Notes under the pieces: generated by a model
What the model was told of the DNA's origin: nothing
What the model saw: the letters and a program-made list of their open reading frames with translations, nothing else
Database searches by the model: none
Translations under genes and position numbers: made by a program
Shown here: positions 57,297-64,000 of the stretch, in pieces
How the letters are laid out: each line of letters begins with the position of its first letter
How positions within the stretch are numbered: position 1 is the stretch's first letter
Assembly: GCA_946965045.2 (NCBI GenBank)
Contig: OX337239.1
Location: 1,860,001 to 1,924,000 of the forward strand
DNA: 64,000 nt
Direction of reading: 5' to 3'
From: Epithemia pelagica
Taxonomy: Eukaryota > Protista > Bacillariophyta

Positions 57297-60200
57297 CGGT
57301 GTGCCGCGCCTAAACTAGATGAAAACGTTTCGTATGTTGACTCTGGTTTAGACGCTGGTAGTATTGCATCATCTTTAAGCAGTCTGGGACCTGGCTCTCC
57401 TGGTGGTGTTGGTGCCAAACGTCCAGCCTCACCACCGCCTAGCATTGTCGTTTCGGTCAAACGCTCCAGGCATCGTCCTACTGATCGCAGATCACGGATC
57501 TTCCGAAGTGATTTGTCGTGTCTTATCCTTGGTCAAACATCCCTTTCGTGGGGACTTGGTCTCAGTCTTGGGGACTGGCACGGCATTTACATGTTGGCTG
57601 CTGAGTATGAAGCACGACGAGAGAACCCCTTTTGGCGTGCCGTTTTGCTTCATTTTGGGGATAAGCTCCACTTAGTCCCAAGCATCGATGTTGTTCTGGG
57701 ACGAGGGATCATTTCGGTTGTACTGTTGGAAGGCGATCCTGATTACCTCGCGTCTTCCTTGCTTTTCGTCCCTCCGAGTTGGCCTGTTTTATTGTTGCTT
57801 CCTTCGGGATGGAGTCGCCCCACCCTTCCTCAAGTCCAATGGTTGTCGGTCACCCATCGTCAATGTGGTGGTGTCACGACCGCTCGTGTCCACGTTGGGC
57901 GTCGTGGTATACCTCCGTTGTTTTTCCATGTCACCACGCGGCGCACGCTGGGTTCGATCATCTCGCATTCAATCCGTCCTTCCCCGTGTGGGGCGCCCAC
58001 TCTATCTGATCCTTATTACTCCTGTGACGATCAGTTGCACACCCGTGCTCTTTTCAAGTCTATTCGGTTGTCCACACACTTTTCAAAGACGGGTTGGGGT
58101 TGTCGTCCGCTTACTGATGAAGAAATTGGAACGGCGTTCGATTTGCCGCTTTGGGTCATCAATGATTCGATTGCTTTTCGTTGGTGGTGCTCCCACATGA
58201 TTCATCCGCGAGTTACTCCCATCAAGATCCCAGCTTTAGTGTTGAATTCCGCTTTACCACACTTGGACCCTGTTCTAATTCACCACACTAGTACCGCCGG
58301 CAACAAACATGGTGGACCCTCATCCCCGTTTCGTCCCTGCAAACGCGGCCGTTGGTTGACCCCTCTTTCGGACACTGTCCAAGATGGCGTCCTGGGTACC
58401 ACCTTTTCCTTCTTGCCCGCTTTTCTCCCTCATGACGCGTGGCTCGACGATTCCAAGATTGCGGATATTGCGGTTAAGGCAGACGACGCCCTGGCCCCTT
58501 TTTGGATTTGGGATGGGCGGATTCGGGGCATCTACCCTTGGATCACAGATTCGGCGCTTTCAGGCTTCCGCTTGTTGGCTTTGCTTTGGTGGCGTCGCTC
58601 ATTGGTGCGGAGTTTCTTGGCTTATTTACGCTTGCGGTTTGGTGCGAATTGGCCAGCCTTAGTGGCCTCTTCACCACTCCAGGGGGGGAGGAGTCTTTCA
58701 ATTTCGATTCGTTTCCCGTACTGCTATCCGCCGGCCGCTGTGTCTTGTCCCAACTTCTTCGTTCCACCTGGTGGGACTGGGATGCGGGTTCTTTGTTGAT
58801 TTTTTGGCGCTGGAACGGCCTCTCCCAACAAGCAGATGCCTGGTTTGGCACTCCCATCCATGTCACCGATGCTCTTCCTTCTTATCATCGGCGTCAGCGT
58901 GCTCCTCCTGCGGAAATACTCCCTCAAGTTTCCAAGAAATTATCGACCGTGCTCGAGCGTGGTTATTTGGACGGTGTCTCTCCTCCCTCCAGCATGACCG
59001 ACTATTTCGCTGTTCCAAAAGGCGACAATGACATTCGGATGGTCTATAATGGCACAAGCTGCGGGTTGAATAAGTCTCTGTGGGCACCAAATTTTTGGTT
59101 ACCAACGTCTGAGTCGGCTCTACGACTATTGACCACCGATTCCTACTGTGGGGACATGGATTTGGGGGAAATGTTTTTGAATTTCCCCATGGACGTACAC
59201 CTTCGACCCTATGCTGGTGTAGACATGAATCCTGTCCAGTCACACCTCACCCCAGAAGCTACAGCCCTCTCTCCTGAATCTGGTAGGGTGCGGTGGAATC
59301 GTTTATTTATGGGTATGCTTCCGAGTCCGTTCCACGCCGCCCGCCAATACTACCTGGCTGAGGAAATAGCAAAAGGAGCACCACAGGATCCAACCAATCC
59401 GTGTGGTTTTGATTCAATTCGCTTCAACATCCCTGGCTCCGCCGATTACACCCCAACTTTGCCTTGGGTCATGAAGTGGAGCTCTAGACTCGACAACATT
59501 ACGGGAGATGTAGTTACCTACATGGACGACTTGCGAACGGTCGGTTCCTCAGCCGAACATGCATGGCAGGTGGCACGCCAACTGGGGGCTAGATTGCAAT
59601 ATCTAGGAATTCAAGACGCACCTCGAAAGCGGAGACCACCTTCCAAAACTCCCGGCGCATGGGCTGGCAGTGTACACCATATCTCAGCCACGACCATATC
59701 AAAAACCCTTACCCAAAAGAAATGGGACAAGGGCAAGAAACTCCTGGAAAAATACGTGGATGCATATACCAAGAGTGACTCTCCCACGTTCGATCACAAG
59801 CAAATGCAACGAGACGTGGGCTTCTTCGTTCATCAAGCGCTGACCTACAATTCGCTAATGCCCTTCTTAAAGGGATTCTATTTGACTATGAATGTTTGGA
59901 GACCCGGGCGCAATGGCGAGGGATGGAAGCTGTCAACAAGGGAGTGGCTTTCCCAGTTACAAGAAAAGTTTGGGGACGAAGAAATCAACACCATTTGTGG
60001 TTTCTTAGACACAGATGAAGATGAAGACTCGCATGCAGAATCAACCAACAAAGAAAAGGACATTCCACCAGCATGGGTCTAGGCAGTTCCGAGGCTGCGA
60101 ACCGATGTACGAGCCATTGCGGTCATGCTAGGTTCAGAGGATCCTCCCAAGGTCCAAGTCAGGTCGGACACCATCTTTGTTGCATTATTCGGATGTGGCG

Positions 60201-61222
60201 ATGCTTCGGGATGTGGATTCGGGGCAGCCTTCCAACTCCCTCAAAAGAAACTGTCGTATAGAGTGGGAGCATGGGGAAAGGACATCGTGGTAGGAGAATC
60301 TTCCAACTGGAAGGAGTTTACCAACTGTGTAGAGTCGCTGGAGGAAGAAGCGTCCTTGGGCCATTTGGACAACACAGAAGTCTTCTTCTTCACAGACAAC
60401 TCAACCGCCGAACGTTGTTTCTACAAGGGCTCATCATCAAGTCCAAAACTGCTAGAACTAGTGATCCGTCTACGACGACTAGAGATGCGCCATGCAATAC
60501 GGCTGCATAGCTCCCACGTATCAGGAAAGAGGATGATCGCTGTGGGAGTGGATGGCATTTCTAGAGGGCAATTGAACGAGGGAGTCATGGCTGGGACTCC
60601 CATGTTATCCTATATTCCTCTTCACAAGACACCATTCCAGATGTCCGAGAATCTGTTCGAATGGGTTCGTTCTTGGTTGGGACCCAAAGCAGAAGCACTA
60701 ACCCCCATGGACTGGTTCACAACAGGCCACGACATCCGGGGATGGTCTCTCCCAACAGAACATAACAAACTGTCCCTGCCTATCCTTCGGCCAGGACATT
60801 TTGTGTGGGCTCCGCCTCCAGGAGCAGCTGATGTGGCTCTCGAGGAATTGAGAAAAGCACGTCACAAAAGACAATCTTCCATGCATGTTTTTCTTTGTCA
60901 ACGCCTGCTTACTCCGAAATGGTATAAGCAGTTACACAAGGCATGCGATTTGGTTATGGAGATCCCTGCTGGAACTTCTTTTTGGCCTGAAGGAAATTAT
61001 GAACCTCTCATCGTTGGTCTTGTTTTTCCTTTTATTAGGGCACAGCCGTGGCAATTGCGGGGCACCCCAAAAATGTTCTCAATGGACCGCCAATTGCGCA
61101 AATTGTGGAAAGAAGATCCAGTGGGTGGAAGGGATCTTCTGCGGAAATTTTGCGTTCAGTGTTGGAAAATGCAGTCCATGTCGAAACGCATGGTGCGCAA
61201 GTTGTTATTCTTCGAACGATGA
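57297..61222 (+). CDS. pol region: unknown/MTase-fold-like domain + reverse transcriptase + RNase H; interrupted by a -1 shift at G7 (58682-58688) and TAG at 60080-60082
   Basis: RT motifs DMDLGEMFLNF, LFMGMLPSP, YMDD; RNase H GDASGCGFG, SSNWKE, FTDNSTA, DGISRG; ORFs 58502-60082 and 60125-61222 are in the same frame. Confidence 0.8.
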
Positions 61223-62609
61223 GGGTCGGTTCTTTGTGGCTTCCAGGAACTTGATGGTGGAAGAGTCGGACGCGGACCGGATCGTAGCAGCCACTTGGAG
61301 AGCGCGCACAAAGGACCGACGAGAAGATTATAGTCATGCACGAGCGGGTGATCACTTGATGACTCCTTTCGAGTGTGATTGGTGCATCTTTCGAAAGTTG
61401 AGAGGTGAGGAACCGGACCCGAAAAGCGTGCAAGACAAGTACTTGATGGTGTGTGTGAGACGCATGAATCTCGATGCATTTTGGAGTCGGGCAACAAGCA
61501 CGGTTGCGCAAAACACTAGAAATGCCAAAAAGATGATTGAGAAGTCAATGAAAGTGGGAATCCCTTATGGACCGTTCATGAGCCATGGCCCGTTCCCGAG
61601 TTACGATCATTGTGGGTACCAAGTGGCATATTTGATGTTGGACAGTTCGTTGGACGAGGGAAAGTATCATACGGATAGAAAGCAATTTGACACCATCCGG
61701 AAATTTCGATCGGTGTACTCCAATCACGTGAGAGCAACACCGGCCACTTTGGTTGATAATCGACCCCTGGTTTTGACGGACAACAATGGGAAAGCCTTCT
61801 CTCGGTTGGGCCAAGACGAGAGCGGATCATTATGGTTTTCAAGATTTGTTGAAGGTTGTCGCCGACGGATGGGCCAAGACTGGCGCCCGGACCAAGCAAT
61901 ATCTAGCGAGTTGGTTGTTGCGTTGCTGGGTTCCTTGGAAGAAGAATTGAGGCGCGCGAACAATGTGACGGACCCATTTGTGACGGTTATGGCGGGAACC
62001 TTTTATGCTGTGTCTTTCGCTTTGTCCTTGAGAGGGCCGGAAGGGCTGCTCCTTGATTTAGGAGCCATGACTCGATATGCGGATCTTTACAAGGACCGGG
62101 ATTGCGTGGTGGTTTGTCTTTGGGGCCAATTCAAAGGCGAGCATTCTGAACGGGCTCATCTCCTCCCCTGCTGCAATGTAACAGGGAGTGGAATCAAAGT
62201 TCGCCAATGGTTGAACAGAGCAATGGTCTTGTCTCGGGACATTGGACGAACGACCGGGCCGTTGATGATGGATCGAAAGGGTGTACCCATCGCGCCACGA
62301 ATGCTGGATGACATCCTGCATCGACATTTGTGCAAACTTTTCGACAACGATAAAAACCTTTTTCCTCTGACTGCCATCAAAGGGGAAGAGGACATCGTCA
62401 CAAAATACTTTGTGTTCCGATCTTTCAGACGGGGTTCGAATACAAGAGCAAAAGAGGTGGGCGTCGAGCAGCCAGACCTTGAAACTGTCAACCGATGGAG
62501 AATAAAGGAGAGAGCAGGAGCCAATAAACCAGGCAGGGCCATTGACCACATGTATGCAGACCTGTCGATGCTTGTGGGGCCGTTTCTCCGGTACAGTTCT
62601 GCAATGTGA
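60885..62609 (+). CDS. Tyrosine recombinase with N-terminal Cys-rich region
   Basis: Catalytic-type residues LSLRGPEG (R), FRSFRRG (H/R-x-x-R), NRWR (W), HMYAD (Y); FCGNF...CSPCRNAWCASCY and FECDWCIF motifs; true start uncertain. Confidence 0.85.
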   Translation: MFFFVNACLLRNGISSYTRHAIWLWRSLLELLFGLKEIMNLSSLVLFFLLLGHSRGNCGAPQKCSQWTANCANCGKKIQWVEGIFCGNFAFSVGKCSPCRNAWCASCYSSNDEGRFFVASRNLMVEESDADRIVAATWRARTKDRREDYSHARAGDHLMTPFECDWCIFRKLRGEEPDPKSVQDKYLMVCVRRMNLDAFWSRATSTVAQNTRNAKKMIEKSMKVGIPYGPFMSHGPFPSYDHCGYQVAYLMLDSSLDEGKYHTDRKQFDTIRKFRSVYSNHVRATPATLVDNRPLVLTDNNGKAFSRLGQDESGSLWFSRFVEGCRRRMGQDWRPDQAISSELVVALLGSLEEELRRANNVTDPFVTVMAGTFYAVSFALSLRGPEGLLLDLGAMTRYADLYKDRDCVVVCLWGQFKGEHSERAHLLPCCNVTGSGIKVRQWLNRAMVLSRDIGRTTGPLMMDRKGVPIAPRMLDDILHRHLCKLFDNDKNLFPLTAIKGEEDIVTKYFVFRSFRRGSNTRAKEVGVEQPDLETVNRWRIKERAGANKPGRAIDHMYADLSMLVGPFLRYSSAM

Positions 62610-62635
62610 CGACCAAACCAAGATTCTCGGTGGAG

Positions 62636-63058
62636 GGGGTTTCTGGAACTGGCAAGTTGCGTTGAGGCTGACATGGCAAGGCCTCTTCGCTTCTTGTCCA
62701 TTAGAGAGAGAGTTTGAGCCGATTGCGTCCCCTGTCCGTTTCCGCCTTTGCGATTGCATGGTGCAACCTGATCGCGTTGGTGGGCCACAAGCGGATCCAA
62801 CAGGAGTCTTGATTTGGGTCTTTCTTTTTGTTCTTTTGGGCCGGTTCCCCTGTCTGAGCATTATGCCAGATCGGACCCTGAGTGGTGAAGGATTACCCTT
62901 CCCCCCACGACACAACCTAAACTAGTGTTTACGGTTGCGAGAATCTAATGAGATAAGTTTATGATTTGATTCTGCTGTTTGTCTTTGTGTTTGCGCGAGA
63001 GAAAGGGATCCTGAGGTTGGATGGCGACATGGTGGGTGCTGAGCAGGGTTTGCGAGTG
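62636..63058 (+). repeat. Split direct repeat B1
   Basis: 62636-63042 matches 63594-64000 with no difference seen; right end inferred to abut A2. Confidence 0.9.
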
Positions 63059-63543
63059 CCCTCAATGTACACCCAAGTTAAGATGGGACCAAGGAACATG
63101 GTCAGGCCACGTCATGAAGTCTGAGCATTGGCGTTGGAGTGCAAGTCGGGCAGTCCACCCAAAAGAAGAGCCGGCCTCGCTGTCACACAAAGAATGAGGC
63201 AGAACGGGCGTGCAACTCGGAAGAGGAAATTCTAAAAAGAACATGTGCATCCCATCTACTGCGACAAAGCCTCTTCCATTCCATATCTCAAAGTGGACTG
63301 CCTCCAAATAGAGGATCGTCCGATTCAAGAGGCATGGGCACTCTTGAATCAAACAACAATGCGCCAACAATGGATCCCTAATGGAGCGCGACATGCGATC
63401 CATGACAAACAAGCAAAGACGCAGCAAACAAAACAAGAGGGACACGGAGAGCTCACTCTTTGGGTTTTCTACGGTTCGTCGGCGAAGGTCTGATCCCCTT
63501 TGGCGCCGTTCTTGATTTCTAAAGAGTTGAAACTCCAACTTTC
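63059..63543 (+). repeat. Split direct repeat A2 (485 bp)
   Basis: Matches 54320-54804. Confidence 0.93.
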
Positions 63544-63593
63544 GTGGGTACGGATAGTACCCATTTCTTCTTTTTTCCCTCCCTTCCCACCCT

Positions 63594-64000
63594 GGGGTTT
63601 CTGGAACTGGCAAGTTGCGTTGAGGCTGACATGGCAAGGCCTCTTCGCTTCTTGTCCATTAGAGAGAGAGTTTGAGCCGATTGCGTCCCCTGTCCGTTTC
63701 CGCCTTTGCGATTGCATGGTGCAACCTGATCGCGTTGGTGGGCCACAAGCGGATCCAACAGGAGTCTTGATTTGGGTCTTTCTTTTTGTTCTTTTGGGCC
63801 GGTTCCCCTGTCTGAGCATTATGCCAGATCGGACCCTGAGTGGTGAAGGATTACCCTTCCCCCCACGACACAACCTAAACTAGTGTTTACGGTTGCGAGA
63901 ATCTAATGAGATAAGTTTATGATTTGATTCTGCTGTTTGTCTTTGTGTTTGCGCGAGAGAAAGGGATCCTGAGGTTGGATGGCGACATGGTGGGTGCTGA
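63594..64000 (+). repeat. Split direct repeat B2 (truncated by window edge)
   Basis: Matches B1. Confidence 0.9.

Larger units (their letters stand above)
54320..64000 (+). mobile_element. Tyrosine-recombinase retrotransposon (DIRS order, Ngaro/PAT-type split direct repeats), right end just beyond the window
   Basis: A1 54320-54804 = A2 63059-63543 (2 mismatches seen); B1 from 62636 = B2 63594-64000; gag-like, RT, RNase H and YR ORFs between A1 and B1. Confidence 0.92.

Noticed and set aside
39222-60082. Stop-codon reassignment (TAA/TAG = Gln) to explain in-frame stops in TEs
   Set aside because: Host genes in the window terminate normally at TAA and TAG, so the nuclear code is standard.
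62058-62925. ORFs spanning B1 and duplicated in A2/B2 (e.g. 62058-62915 -, 54323-54799 -, 63062-63637 -)
   Set aside because: Arise from terminal repeats and the YR antisense strand; no motifs.
1-64000. tRNA or rRNA genes
   Set aside because: No cloverleaf or rRNA-like segment recognised by eye; a tRNAscan/Infernal run would be needed to exclude them.

Overview
Eukaryotic genomic DNA, almost certainly from a diatom (silicon transporter SIT, short GT-AG introns, bipartite signal/plastid-type presequences). Positions 1-33 kb are gene-dense: YgfZ/IBA57-like, ATP-grasp, a selenocysteine MsrA (in-frame TGA in GUFW plus a 3'UTR SECIS), PP4R1-like HEAT+PDZ, a P-loop-less F1-alpha-like protein, a MerT-like+HMA protein, an extended SIT, Dsc3-like, VIT/vWA/DUF2135, ASNSD1 and a Methyltransf_22 protein. 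About 34.2-47.4 kb is a transposon nest: a 6.7-kb hAT element (14-bp TIRs, 8-bp TSD) that carries an Endonuclease III/HhH-GPD glycosylase cargo gene, inserted inside a ~775-bp TIR MITE, with a Ty3/Gypsy LTR element (5-bp TSD) inserted 18 bp outside the MITE. 48.5-53.7 kb holds an O-fucosyltransferase, an MFS sugar transporter with a homopolymer frameshift and an enoyl-CoA hydratase whose middle is replaced by a perfect 88-bp palindrome. 54.3-64 kb is a tyrosine-recombinase retrotransposon with Ngaro/PAT-type split direct repeats (A1-ORFs-B1-A2-B2), a possible UGA-CGG readthrough and an extra, possibly C5-methyltransferase-fold domain upstream of RT. All family calls come from motif recognition by eye; no searches were run.
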